Shown here piece by piece: positions 9,492 to 19,086 of a DNA stretch of 64,000 nt. Positions within the stretch are counted from its first letter, which is position 1, and each line of letters starts with the position of its first letter. A program made the position numbers and the translations under genes. The notes below the pieces were generated by a model, which made no database searches, had not been told where the DNA came from, and saw only the letters and a list, made by a program, of their open reading frames with translations. Source of the DNA: an uncultured bacterium (GTDB lineage Bacteria > Patescibacteriota > Minisyncoccia > Phycocordibacterales > Phycocordibacteraceae). The stretch spans positions 137,239 through 201,238 of the forward strand of contig CAMTYL010000003.1 in NCBI GenBank assembly GCA_947085985.1. Direction: 5' to 3'.

Positions 9492-10001
9492 CTACAGAAT
9501 CCTGATCAGCGTTACCTGCCGGACCTTGCCGTCGAGCTGAACGAGCTCTTTGGTGCCCGGTGCGGCCCCAAGAAACGCGATGGCGAACGGAAGCTCGTAG
9601 GAAACCCTACGAGGAACCGAATCGCAATCGCTGTCCTCGTATCCGGCGATCTCCACGACGCGTTGCACGCGACGGGATTTGCCTTTGCTGCGAGTCCAGT
9701 ATTGGAACACGCCGGCAAGTCCGATACGAAGCCGCGTACGCTCAGTCGGGACAGGCACAAGTTGCGCCTGTTTCCGAATGAGCGTGAGACGGTCGATGAG
9801 TCTGCGGTTCGACTCGTTCTCGCACGTGGCAGCGTCTTGCATACGCATTCCACCACCAGTGCTTCCTGAATCACGAGCCTGTCGGTCAGAGGATTCGCTC
9901 TGAAGCCGTTTCAGTCTCTTGGTCCAGTCCGCAATCTGTCGGTCGAGTCGATGTTGACCCGCTGCCGTAACAAACTTGTCCTTAAAGCATTGACACTGCA
10001 T
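9492..10001 (-). CDS. GreA/GreB C-terminal-domain protein (Rnk-like). The true start is probably an internal Met, giving about 120 aa.
   Basis: The C-terminus ...RRVSYELPFAIAFLGAAPGTKELVQLDGKVRQVTLIRIL fits the FKBP-like GreA C-terminal domain consensus (iS..SPlgrALlG..vGd.v.v..p.G...y.I..I). Lies in a high-GC region. Confidence 0.45.
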   Translation of the reverse strand: MQCQCFKDKFVTAAGQHRLDRQIADWTKRLKRLQSESSDRQARDSGSTGGGMRMQDAATCENESNRRLIDRLTLIRKQAQLVPVPTERTRLRIGLAGVFQYWTRSKGKSRRVQRVVEIAGYEDSDCDSVPRRVSYELPFAIAFLGAAPGTKELVQLDGKVRQVTLIRIL

Positions 10002-10205
10002 GTACTCCCCCTGTTGCTGGGTGGTTTCCTCGAGTAGTTTCTTGTTGGCCCAAATGTACAGAGCCTGGGTAGAAGCATACTCCTGTGAGTTTCAATAGCT
10101 AGAAGGACCTGTGTATAGAAATAGACACGCCGCGGACCCGGTGAAGGGTTCGCGGCGCTTGGAGCTTCTGCTCCAGTGACTCCACGCTTCAGCGTGTTGT
10201 CGGTA

Positions 10206-10766
10206 CTAGGCGGCCGCCACTTTCAGCGGCAGTTGACGTTGAGCGTCTTCCGCGTGGACTTCGTGGTCGGGCTCGGGGGTGTGCTCGATCGCGACGATGG
10301 TCGCGTCGTAGCTCTTGCCGCCGAGTTTGATCGTGAGATCGTCGCCGACGCGCTTGCCCACCAGGGCGGCGCCCAGAGGAGTTTCGTAGAAGATGACCCG
10401 TACACCCTGTTGGATGTAGAGTTGGGGCTCGTCTTCCCCGCCGACGACGTACTTCAGGGTTTTGGTTTCCCCCTCCTCGTCGTCGTACTCCAGCGTGACC
10501 ATGCGGTCCACGCAGGTCTTGTCGATCTCGGGCGAGACCATGGCCTGCACGTGCGAGGCGATGAACATGTTCAGGCGTGTCAGCGAAATGCTGCCCGTAG
10601 CCTCGGCGAGCAAGGTGTCATACAGTTCCCCCTTCTCGCCGTTTTTCACTGAGTTATTCCCCGTGCCGGTGAACGAGTTCATCGGCTCGCAGAGCGTGCT
10701 CTTCAGCAGGCTCCGCATGGTTTGGGCGGCCTTCATGCCGTTTCTTGTACAAACTTTCATGGACAC
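10206..10766 (-). CDS. greA: GreA-family transcript cleavage factor
   Basis: C-terminal ...LKYVVGGEDEPQLYIQQGVRVIFYETPLGAALVGKRVGDDLTIKLGGKSYDATIVAIEH matches the GreA C-terminal domain. The N-terminal coiled-coil-like half is more divergent. Confidence 0.6.
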   Translation of the reverse strand: MSMKVCTRNGMKAAQTMRSLLKSTLCEPMNSFTGTGNNSVKNGEKGELYDTLLAEATGSISLTRLNMFIASHVQAMVSPEIDKTCVDRMVTLEYDDEEGETKTLKYVVGGEDEPQLYIQQGVRVIFYETPLGAALVGKRVGDDLTIKLGGKSYDATIVAIEHTPEPDHEVHAEDAQRQLPLKVAAA

Positions 10767-10844
10767 TATATGTCCCCCTATTTCAATGATGAATGCGGCC
10801 GGTTGGCCGCATAAGTATCATACGACTAAAAATGTAAAACGCAA

Positions 10845-10871
10845 GGGCGAGCACGCTACACGTGCTCGCCC
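10845..10871 (-). terminator. Rho-independent terminator after the ClpX-ZBD gene
   Basis: gggcgagcacg-ctaca-cgtgctcgccc stem-loop. On the minus strand it is followed by ttgcgttttacattttt. Confidence 0.55.
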
Positions 10872-10880
10872 TGTGATGCC

Positions 10881-11462
10881 CTACTCGGCGTCGTCGCCTT
10901 TCGCTCTCAGCTGGGTCTCCACAGCCAGCTCCGGACCGGGGTCTTCACGCGGTTCGGGTGCAGGAAGCTCGGCCAGCTCGCCGCTCTTGGTGGTGGTGCC
11001 GAGGCGCAGAGCTTGAAGTTCGCTCTGTAGACCTTGGGTGTCCTCGTCAAACGCCCTTTGAACCGCGGTTCGTCGCTCTTCAATGAGAGTCTCGAGCTCC
11101 TTGATACGGGCGCGCACAGGAGCCGCGGTGTTGATGCGGTCCGAGGCGTTCGTCAGAATACTGCGCAAAAGCGCAGTGACGCTGACCGTTTCCCCGTCCG
11201 TAACGTACCCGCCCTCGGTCAGGATAGCCTCCACCGATTCCCCCTGCTCCTCGGCGAGCTTGTCCCAGATGTAGCCAGGAATCTTAGCGTTGAGGTCGAG
11301 AGTGCCAGTCGCCTGAATCTCTTCCTTGATGATTTCTTCGCAGAGGACGACGCACTCATCGCAGATGTTGACTGTGGGTCCGGCGATCAACTTGCGGACT
11401 TCGTGTTGGCTCTTACTGCAGAAAGAGCAGTACAAGGTAGTTCTGGCTTTGGCGTCGCTCAT
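10881..11462 (-). CDS. ClpX-type C4 zinc-binding domain protein with no AAA+ module
   Basis: N-terminus [37 protein letters not shown] is a near-consensus ClpX ZBD. The remaining ~140 aa is acidic/coiled-coil-like and has no Walker motifs. Confidence 0.6.
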   Translation of the reverse strand: MSDAKARTTLYCSFCSKSQHEVRKLIAGPTVNICDECVVLCEEIIKEEIQATGTLDLNAKIPGYIWDKLAEEQGESVEAILTEGGYVTDGETVSVTALLRSILTNASDRINTAAPVRARIKELETLIEERRTAVQRAFDEDTQGLQSELQALRLGTTTKSGELAELPAPEPREDPGPELAVETQLRAKGDDAE

Positions 11463-11481
11463 GACGACATCCTCCATGACA

Positions 11482-13727
11482 TTACAATGAAACAAAAGGG
11501 CTCACCTTGTGTGAGCAACCAGTGGCAACCATACAAGCAGAATCGCTTAGTGTCTGCTGTCTAGCTTGGAGGGCTGCCAGTTGCGCGAGAAGTGCGGCAA
11601 GCTTAGCCTGCATGTCTGCCATAGATGGCGTAGGAGATACTGTCGCCACGGGCGTACCAGTCTGACCCTGATTCAGCAGTGCTCTGGTTTGTGGACCCGC
11701 TCTTCCGACTGACTGGAGTCCGCGCGCAGCCTGGAAAGCTGAAACAGCGCTTGCCGTGAGGGGGCCAAAGTAGCCTGTGATTGGCCCTGTATAAAATCCA
11801 AGAGAAGTGAGGGTGCGCTGTAACTCGGTCACGTCAGTTCCGGTGCTACCTACCGAAAGATCGCGAGCAAAGGTGTATGTCGCTGCACCAAGTACGCGCG
11901 GAGCCTCCTGTACCGCGGTAAGTGGTCGCGCAACAGATACAGGAGTCGTTGCACGGGTGATGGTTGAACTACCTCCCCCTCCACCACCACGAGACGATGA
12001 TGAACCTCCACCCCCGCCCCCTCCACCACCTCCCCCACTACTTACGACAGGTGCAGAGACTATAACGTTGCGCTCCGTTGTTGTTGCGATATTCCCCGCC
12101 GTGTCTGTCGCGTTATACAGGAGGGTGTATATGTTAGCAGCACTTGTATTCACATTACCTACTCCCATTATCGTGGTGGTCGCGTCTGTGTTATCGGTCA
12201 CGGTAGCGCCCGGGTCGGTGAACACGTCCCCGACGGTGAGATGCATGGGATTGCTACCAATGAGGGTGATGATGGGTGGTTCTGTGTCGGTGACTATTGG
12301 GGTGGTCGTTGCAACTACTGAGACAAGTGCATTGTATGCGTTGAGACGCTTTCCTGAGACGGTTTTTCCAGAAAGCGTTTCAAGCTCATCCCCGCTGTCC
12401 ATAAGTGCGGCTTTCACTTGTGCTGCACTGAGTGACGGATCATACGACCACAGCAGTGCCGCTACTCCCGAAACATAGGGGGCTGACATGGAAGTGCCAG
12501 TCTTATAGCTGTACCCGCCTAGCGGAATGGTGCTCCGGATGTTTGAGCCAGGAGCAGCTAAGTCCACACTCGTTGTTCCATAGTTGGAATAAGAGGTGAG
12601 GGAGTCAAAAGCGTCGGTCGCAGCAACACTTATGATGGCTGGCAAATCATAGCTTGCGGGGTACACCGGGTTTTCGGGGGCATCTAGATCTCTGCCGCCA
12701 TTACCCGCAGAAGCGACAAACAAGCCGCCCGAATTTTGGAATCGCTCTATAGCATCGTATTCAGCTTGCGAAAAACTGTCGCCTCCGAAGCTCGCGTTAA
12801 TAATCTTTGCGCCGTTTGCTATGGCAAAATCTATGGCTCGTATCTCGGTCACAGTATCAAGAGCAAAACGAAGCGCCATAATCTTTGCTCCATATGCAAT
12901 ACCAACCACACCCACGTCGTCATGCACTGCAGCAATAATGCCGGATACGTGTGTGCCGTGCGCGCTCGTGCTGTCGGTTGTGGTAGCGCGTGGGTCGCTG
13001 GTGCTGTATTCAAAGTCGTATCCGTGTATGCAGCTCCACGAAGTGGTGCCTGTCTCGCTCACGCAGGAACTTCCGTCCCACATGTTGTTCATGAGCTCTG
13101 GGTGCGTATAGTCAACGCCCGTATCAATCACAGCCACGGTTACGGCAGTCCCTGAAGCAATGTCCCATGCGGACAGTGCGTCAATATCAGCACCCAGGGT
13201 ACCCGTTATGCTGTTTACCGTCTGTCCTGTGTTGTAGAGTGCCCACGAGTTTGCAAGCTCCACACTCGTTGTCGCAAGCACCTCTACGGAGCGGATGTAG
13301 TTTGGCTCCGCATACTTCACTGCAGGGTTAGATTCAAGGTCAGCTATTGCTTGTGCCACTGATAACTGCGCAGTAGTTTTTACCACGGCCATGTTCATGC
13401 CGTGAATGATGTCAACAGTTTCCAAGGAAAGAGATTCCGTCACCGTTTCCGCCTTCTGCTGGTCTGCGTGGTCTGTCAGGTCTATACGGGATTCCTTGTA
13501 TTTTACAATCACCTCACCCTCCACATAGGTGCCAGAGAGCGGCTCTATCTTCTCAATAGGTTCGGTGGACGGTTCCAATACAATAGTCAGTATCTCTGTT
13601 GGGCTCGCAACTGGCTCAGTGGAAGTCTCTACAACGAGCGTTTGTTCGGGTGCCTCCTGAGCAACTGCGAAAGTTGGTGCGCTACTAAGTAGCACAATGA
13701 GCATGAGGGCGAAAGCGCGTCGCATAG
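11482..13727 (-). CDS. Secreted subtilisin-like serine protease (S8) with a poly-Gly linker and a C-terminal peptidoglycan-binding domain
   Basis: Signal peptide [25 protein letters not shown]. Catalytic D (VAVIDTGVD), H (HGTHVSG) and S ([11 protein letters not shown]). [24 protein letters not shown] linker. PG_binding_1-like ...[33 protein letters not shown]. Confidence 0.85.
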
Positions 13728-13790
13728 TATCTATAGTATAGCTGAGCTTGGGCGGGAAATGAAAAGACCCCTGACGGGGTTTTTCAGTTG

Positions 13791-13873
13791 TGCGCCGGGA
13801 AGGATTCGAACCTTCGTAGGCCGAAGCCGCGGGATTTACAGTCCCGTTCAATTGACCGCTCTGACACCGACGC
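13791..13873 (-). tRNA. tRNA-Tyr (anticodon GTA), type II with a long variable arm
   Basis: Reverse complement GCGTCGG-TG-TCAGAGCGGTCAATTGAAC-GGGACTGTAAATCCC-GCGGCTTCGGCCTACG-AAGGTTCGAATCCTT-CCCGGCGCA. It has a 7-bp acceptor stem (one G-U), anticodon loop CTGTAAA, long variable arm, and GTTCGAATC T-loop. Confidence 0.8.
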
Positions 13874-14648
13874 TTTCAATATGTCTATACCTCCGAAGGT
13901 GCTTTGTGTTGGCAGGTTCTATCTCCTGAAAGAACCTTTTAATGTCTGGTCTTCTTGTTAGATACACCCTCCACGAACCAACTTCGGATGGTGTGTATTG
14001 TAGCGTAAGTAGCATCCTCCGTAAAGAATGAAGTAAGGGTAAGGATTTATTTGTCAGGGAGACCTGTATACCGTGACGGATTCTATATATGGAACCGTCT
14101 GTGTCAAAAAATCCCCGCAGAAAAGCAGTCATATATTCCCTCTCCTTAAACACCCAGGAAGGCACGTCCACCTGCAGAGCAACCTTGTTTCGCACTAACC
14201 CTTCATTCTCGAGCCAAGAGGTTAGAGCTACTGAGCCAATGTAGACATCTCTGTACCCGTCCTGCCGTACAAGAATAGTTGCCTCTACACCAAACAAAGA
14301 CTGCATAAGCGAAGCAACATACTCAACGTACTCAAGCTCCTTTGTGCCAAGAGTAACGATAGTTTGAAAGCGTGATATGTGCCCGTCACCAAGCATAATT
14401 CCAAAGAACTCTGCCAAAGGTGCGGAGTACTCGGTGGGTATTCGAATGTCTCGCCTCATATTTCGGAAGCCTTTCTTTAGTTCGGGAGAGCTCTGAATGT
14501 TTAATCTTCTAAGTCGCAGAAAAACCGAACTCTGTGCTATGCCCAGAATATGTGCAACTTCAGAAATTGATTTATTTTCGCGCACGTACAAACGCTCAAG
14601 CTCAGTTCTGTACGTCTTCTCTTCTGCTGCGTTCCAGCGTCTGGCCAT
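13848..14648 (-). CDS. Free-standing LAGLIDADG-type homing endonuclease (two motifs) with an N-terminal sigma-70 region-4-like HTH
   Basis: Two LAGLIDADG motifs (GIMLGDGHI and GFFDTDGSI). N-terminal HTH ...KSISEVAHILGIAQSSVFLRLRRL. Its last ~8 codons overlap the 5' half of tRNA-Tyr. Confidence 0.65.
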   Translation of the reverse strand: MARRWNAAEEKTYRTELERLYVRENKSISEVAHILGIAQSSVFLRLRRLNIQSSPELKKGFRNMRRDIRIPTEYSAPLAEFFGIMLGDGHISRFQTIVTLGTKELEYVEYVASLMQSLFGVEATILVRQDGYRDVYIGSVALTSWLENEGLVRNKVALQVDVPSWVFKEREYMTAFLRGFFDTDGSIYRIRHGIQVSLTNKSLPLLHSLRRMLLTLQYTPSEVGSWRVYLTRRPDIKRFFQEIEPANTKHLRRYRHIESVGVRAVN

Positions 14649-14717
14649 TAGTACATTATACAGCTATTCTATGTTAACCACTTTTGTACTTGTGAATAAA
14701 TAATTCTCCCTGTACTT

Positions 14718-15977
14718 TTACTGCGCTCGTGAAAGAAGTGCAGTCTGCTTTCCCTTGCGTAGGAGTGCCACCCCGCCTGCAAACTGACTCTCCGAGAGCG
14801 TTGCTTCGGCCGAATCCACTGTTGTTCCACTTACGGATACCCCACCCCCCTCAATAAGCCGACGCGCATCTCCCTTTGACTTTGAAAGCCCCGACGCAAT
14901 GAGTGCATCAACGACGCTCATGCTCACGGATACCGTTGCACTCGGTACTTCCTTGCGAACAGTCGCTAATGTCGCAGCTGGCAGCTCAGCTAACGGTGTG
15001 GATCCGTACACTGCCTCTGATGCTGCCTCAACCCGTAGCGCGGTTTCAGTGCCGTGGACAATCTCTGTAACGAGGCGCGCAAGCATCTTCTGGGCCTCGC
15101 GCTTCCCTGGGTTTCTGCCGTGGAGTACCATCATGGTTTCAATTTCAAATGTAGACATGAACGTGAAGAACTTCAGGTACTTCTCCACCATCTCGTCCGG
15201 CTGATTGAGCCAGAATTGGTAGAACTGGTACGGGCTGGTCTTGGTAGCGTCCAACCACACCGCGTTCCCTTCAGACTTTCCAAACTTCTTTCCATTTGCC
15301 TCAGTCACGAGCGGACAGGTTATGGCAAATGCCTCCTTCCCTTCCTTGCGGCGGATAAGCTCCACGCCAGAGAGAATGTTGGTCCACTGGTCGCTTGCTC
15401 CAATTTGTAGGTCAACGCCGTACTTCTTATTGAGTACAAGATAGTCGTAGCCTTGGAGGAGTGAGTACGCGAACTCGGTGTATGAAATGCTGTCGTTGGG
15501 GTCCTCTATACGGCGCTTAATGATGTCGCGCTTGATAAGTTCGTTTACCGTGAAGTGTTTGCCAATGTCGCGTAGGAAATCCACGAGCGGCACCTTTAGG
15601 AGCCAATCGGCATTGTCCACCACGCGCACCTTTACGCCTACGATGCGTTGCATCTGTGCTTTGAGTGCTTTCTTGTTCTTCTCCACGAGCTTCTTGTCAG
15701 CAAGGGTGCGCTCACCGCTCTCACGAGGGTCTCCAATCATGCCCGTCCCTCCTCCAACAAGCAAAATGATGGTGTGACCCGCTTGTGCGAGACGACGCAT
15801 GAACAAGACCACGAGCAGGTTCCCTGCGTGCATAGAGTCTGCGGACGGGTCCACGCCCAAGTACACCGTACGCTTGGCGCCGAGAATCTTCTCAATATCT
15901 GCTGACGTGTGCTCTACGAGCCCGCGTGCCTGTAGGTCCTTTGCTAAATCCATGTGTGTGAGTATACCAGAGCTCAA
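14718..15977 (-). CDS. tyrS: Tyrosyl-tRNA synthetase with a C-terminal S4 domain
   Basis: GVDPSADSMHAGNLLV (HIGH region), KFGKS (KMSKS) and a C-terminal S4-like RNA-binding domain; 419 aa. Confidence 0.85.
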   Translation of the reverse strand: MSSGILTHMDLAKDLQARGLVEHTSADIEKILGAKRTVYLGVDPSADSMHAGNLLVVLFMRRLAQAGHTIILLVGGGTGMIGDPRESGERTLADKKLVEKNKKALKAQMQRIVGVKVRVVDNADWLLKVPLVDFLRDIGKHFTVNELIKRDIIKRRIEDPNDSISYTEFAYSLLQGYDYLVLNKKYGVDLQIGASDQWTNILSGVELIRRKEGKEAFAITCPLVTEANGKKFGKSEGNAVWLDATKTSPYQFYQFWLNQPDEMVEKYLKFFTFMSTFEIETMMVLHGRNPGKREAQKMLARLVTEIVHGTETALRVEAASEAVYGSTPLAELPAATLATVRKEVPSATVSVSMSVVDALIASGLSKSKGDARRLIEGGGVSVSGTTVDSAEATLSESQFAGGVALLRKGKQTALLSRAQ

Positions 15978-15983
15978 TTACAC

Positions 15984-16616
15984 CTACCCCAAGTGAGCGT
16001 GGTCATTCCAAGAAATTACTTGCCATGGTGCAGACCGCTCACGATCATATGTTAGTACGGTAACTCCGGTATTGCTTGCCACAAATACTTCTAGAATCGC
16101 GGTGCACTCTGGTCCGGTAAGGTTTCTGCCAAAGATAACACGCGCCAACAAATTTCGCAGGAATACTCCATGACTGACTACTATCAGTGAATCAGCGGAG
16201 TGACCCTCAAGAAAAAGAAGAGCCTCGTTAGTTCTTGCCTTTAAATCATCAAAGTTCTCTTCATCAGAATGACGGTACCCAGAGATTCCAGAGCTTTTCA
16301 TAATCTCTTGTTCCGCAGCTATGACCTCAGGACTGTCTTTCAAATTGTCTACCTGAATGGAAGGTCTCTTTCGTTCTACAAAAAGCGCAGACGTTTCAAT
16401 AGATAGTCCAGTCGCGTCAGCAATACAGCTCGCGGTTTGTTGCGCCCGCAATAGCGGGCTTGCGACAAGTGCTGACACATCAAGCTTCTGAGCTCTTTCT
16501 GCAATGAACTTTGCCTGCTGTAGTCCTCTTTCGGTCAGTGGTGCCGTGTCTCCCTGGTAACGAGCTCCGACGTTGCCCTCGCTTTCCCCGTGACGCACAA
16601 GGTAGATAGTCTTCAT
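15984..16616 (-). CDS. Histidine phosphatase family protein (phosphoglycerate mutase-like)
   Basis: IYLVRHGESEGN is the RHG catalytic signature; 210 aa. Confidence 0.7.
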   Translation of the reverse strand: MKTIYLVRHGESEGNVGARYQGDTAPLTERGLQQAKFIAERAQKLDVSALVASPLLRAQQTASCIADATGLSIETSALFVERKRPSIQVDNLKDSPEVIAAEQEIMKSSGISGYRHSDEENFDDLKARTNEALLFLEGHSADSLIVVSHGVFLRNLLARVIFGRNLTGPECTAILEVFVASNTGVTVLTYDRERSAPWQVISWNDHAHLG

Positions 16617-16635
16617 ACATAAACTATACCAAACA

Positions 16636-16664
16636 TTGACAAGTATGGCATAATATTATATATA
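16636..16664 (+). promoter_or_regulatory. Sigma-70-like promoter for the GNAT gene
   Basis: TTGACA (16636-16641), 17 nt, TATATA (16659-16664). AAGGAG RBS at 16704-16709, 7 nt before the GTG start at 16712. Confidence 0.4.
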
Positions 16665-16711
16665 GTTTCTGACTAGGACATTCACAGAACATTCAGATAA
16701 GGAGTCGATCA

Positions 16712-17371
16712 GTGACCGGTCAACCAGCCACGCACTACCCGGTTCACACGAGCCCCTGTGGCCGCGTGCAACTGGGCGCCATGAAGCGCGAGTACCTGGA
16801 CAAGTTCATCCCCTGGGCCAACAATCTCGAAACCACCGCCGGCCTGCGTCTCTCGGCGCCGATTACATACGAAGCCGAGGTGGAGTGGTATGAATCGCTC
16901 CCCAAGGCGCACAACCGGGAAGTCTTCGCCATCCTGGTGAAGGACGACCCGGTGGACAGTGAATATCAGTACGTGGGCCACACCGGCCTGCACAACATCC
17001 ACTTCCCCTCGGCACACGCGACCTCGGGCACCATCATTGGCGACCCGAAAGCGCGCGGACGTGGCATCGGCAAGATCGCAAAGCTTCTGCTGCTACAGCA
17101 TGCGTTCCGCTACACCGGTCTGCGTAAGGTGGTCTCGGACGTGAAGTCCTTCAACCTCGCCAGCATCGGTCACCTGGTCGCCTGTGGCTACAAGGTGGTG
17201 GGTGTGCAGAGGGATCACTTCTTCCACGAGGGAGCCTTTGTCGACAAAGTGCTTCTCGAAGTTCACCGCGCCGATTTCGAACCGATCTGGGAGAAGTACA
17301 AAAGGACCGGAAAGGTTCCGACGCTCTCCGACAAGCAGCGCAAGCGCATCGGCAAACTCCACCGCACGTAG
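16712..17371 (+). CDS. GNAT-family N-acetyltransferase (RimL/RimJ-like)
   Basis: Acetyl-CoA binding loop GDPKARGRGIGKIAKLLLLQHAFRYTGLRKV. High-GC (about 60%+) gene in a lower-GC context. Confidence 0.6.
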   Translation: MTGQPATHYPVHTSPCGRVQLGAMKREYLDKFIPWANNLETTAGLRLSAPITYEAEVEWYESLPKAHNREVFAILVKDDPVDSEYQYVGHTGLHNIHFPSAHATSGTIIGDPKARGRGIGKIAKLLLLQHAFRYTGLRKVVSDVKSFNLASIGHLVACGYKVVGVQRDHFFHEGAFVDKVLLEVHRADFEPIWEKYKRTGKVPTLSDKQRKRIGKLHRT

Positions 17372-17399
17372 CGCGAGCCTCGTGTGCGTTCAGAAACTC

Positions 17400-17428
17400 A
17401 GCCACCCCACCCGGGGTGGCTTTCTTCT
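17400..17428. terminator. Bidirectional rho-independent terminator between the convergent GNAT and histidine-kinase genes
   Basis: agccacccc-accc-ggggtggct perfect stem followed by ttcttct. It lies between the GNAT stop (17371) and the HK stop (17427). Confidence 0.55.
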
Positions 17429-19076
17429 ATACCGGAAGCTCCACGATGAAGCGACTGCCCTTACCTTCGCCTTCTGATTCAGCCCAAACTCGGCCCTTGT
17501 GGGCCTCAATGATATTCTTCACGATGTAGAGACCAAATCCGGTTGACTCCACGTTAATCTTCTGCGAATTCTTACCATGCCCTCCTTCGGTAAACAGGTT
17601 CTTCATATCGTCGGTACCAATTCCCACACCGGTGTCAGTAATTTCAAAACGCACTGCTTTGTCAGTCTTTGCGAGCGATACGTTCACACTTCCCTTCGGT
17701 GTGTACTTGATGGAATTATCAATCAAGTTCTTGAAAGCGTTCACAAGCTGCCCCTTGTCGCCTGTGAAGGTGACTTGTTCAAGGGTGCTCGTTAGCGCCA
17801 GCGACTTCTTGTCAGCGTGAGGCTTTAGATCCGCCACTATGCCCTCAATAAGCTCCTTCATATCAATTGGGGTCATGGTGTAAGCCACCTTTCCGCTCTT
17901 TATGTTGGCGGCGTTTAGAATCTCGGCAATAGTCTCCGCTCCCTTGGTGTCTGAACGGAATCCTTCCTCAACCATCGGTAGCATCTGCGGAGGCACTGGC
18001 CCGTACTCTCCCTCCTTAATCATGGCGAAGATATTGCGCGACTTCGCCACAAATCCCTTAATCTGGTGCGTAATGAAGTGAATAAGTATCACTTGCTGCC
18101 GGTTTGATTCCTCGAGTTCATTTGCAAGGCGCTGAGTTTGAATCCTTTGCTCAATCTCGCGCTGCACGCTTTTAATGAGTAGGTAGCCAAAGCCAATTGC
18201 AAGCACGAGCGTAATGGCGTTCAGCACTTTATTGATCGGGTTTCGAATAAAGAAGAACTGCGAGCCAATCAATATAACCAGAGCGACTACAAGAGCCTGG
18301 GCCGCGATTAGCTTAATGTTGAACGCTTTGTACTTGACGATGATATACGTGAGTACGGCAATGAATATGGTCATCCCGAAGTACCCGTACTGTTCAAGAT
18401 TAAATGTGTCCGGCTCACTTCCAAAGAAATTAGCAATACTTGCCACGTATGTGCTCGCAGAGAACGTGACTAGGAACGCAGTGATCCCGAAGGTTGAAAG
18501 AAGATTCTGCTTACTCCCCCCATTATTCTTGCTTGCAAGCGATGCTCTAATTCCCAGGAGAGCCGTAAGAACAAGAATCACAAAAGATAATCCGAATACA
18601 ATGTTAAGCACCCAGATTCCTTCAACTGCACTACAGTTATACAAGTCAAATGCAGTGAGGTTGTAATGTGAAGCTGATAAAAATAGCACACCCGTTAACA
18701 GAGCTACACCTAACGCTTTAAAGGGAAAGCTCACGTCTCGCTTTGAAATAAATGCGTACAGGAAGTATGCACTCAGTACATAGGTAGTTATGAACAGAAA
18801 TAGCCAGAATGACCACAAAAACATCACAACTCGAGCGTCAACTTGAGTCCAAAGAAGAATATCAAGCACAGAAAGTGCTGAGAATATAAGGGAAATTGTT
18901 ACAAGTATGCGCGCCGGAAGTGTACGGTTGTTGAGAATGATAAAGAAACTAAGTACGAGCGATACAACGAGCGCCGTAAGGTGCGAGTAGTACACAAGAA
19001 CGGGCACGCCTTCAGAAAAAAGACCGAACTGAAGTCCTTGGTAAATGGTCGTAGATAGTTCGTCGTAGCAGAACAT
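17427..19076 (-). CDS. Sensor histidine kinase with a multi-TM N-terminal sensor domain
   Basis: At least 6 TM helices. HisKA H-box (ILIHFITHQIKGF). HATPase_c G-boxes (DTGVGIG..., GTGFGLYIVKNIIEAHKGRVW). Confidence 0.75.
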   Translation of the reverse strand: MFCYDELSTTIYQGLQFGLFSEGVPVLVYYSHLTALVVSLVLSFFIILNNRTLPARILVTISLIFSALSVLDILLWTQVDARVVMFLWSFWLFLFITTYVLSAYFLYAFISKRDVSFPFKALGVALLTGVLFLSASHYNLTAFDLYNCSAVEGIWVLNIVFGLSFVILVLTALLGIRASLASKNNGGSKQNLLSTFGITAFLVTFSASTYVASIANFFGSEPDTFNLEQYGYFGMTIFIAVLTYIIVKYKAFNIKLIAAQALVVALVILIGSQFFFIRNPINKVLNAITLVLAIGFGYLLIKSVQREIEQRIQTQRLANELEESNRQQVILIHFITHQIKGFVAKSRNIFAMIKEGEYGPVPPQMLPMVEEGFRSDTKGAETIAEILNAANIKSGKVAYTMTPIDMKELIEGIVADLKPHADKKSLALTSTLEQVTFTGDKGQLVNAFKNLIDNSIKYTPKGSVNVSLAKTDKAVRFEITDTGVGIGTDDMKNLFTEGGHGKNSQKINVESTGFGLYIVKNIIEAHKGRVWAESEGEGKGSRFIVELPV

Positions 19077-19086
19077 AGTATGTGAA

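Noticed and set aside
11807-12478. 223-aa plus-strand ORF with poly-Pro runs, and an apparent tandem nucleotide repeat (ggtgg/ggagg)n at about 11985-12050
   Set aside because: It is the antisense of the S8 protease Gly/Ser linker. The repeat is the coding sequence of the (Gly)n-(Ser)n linker, not a CRISPR or satellite array.
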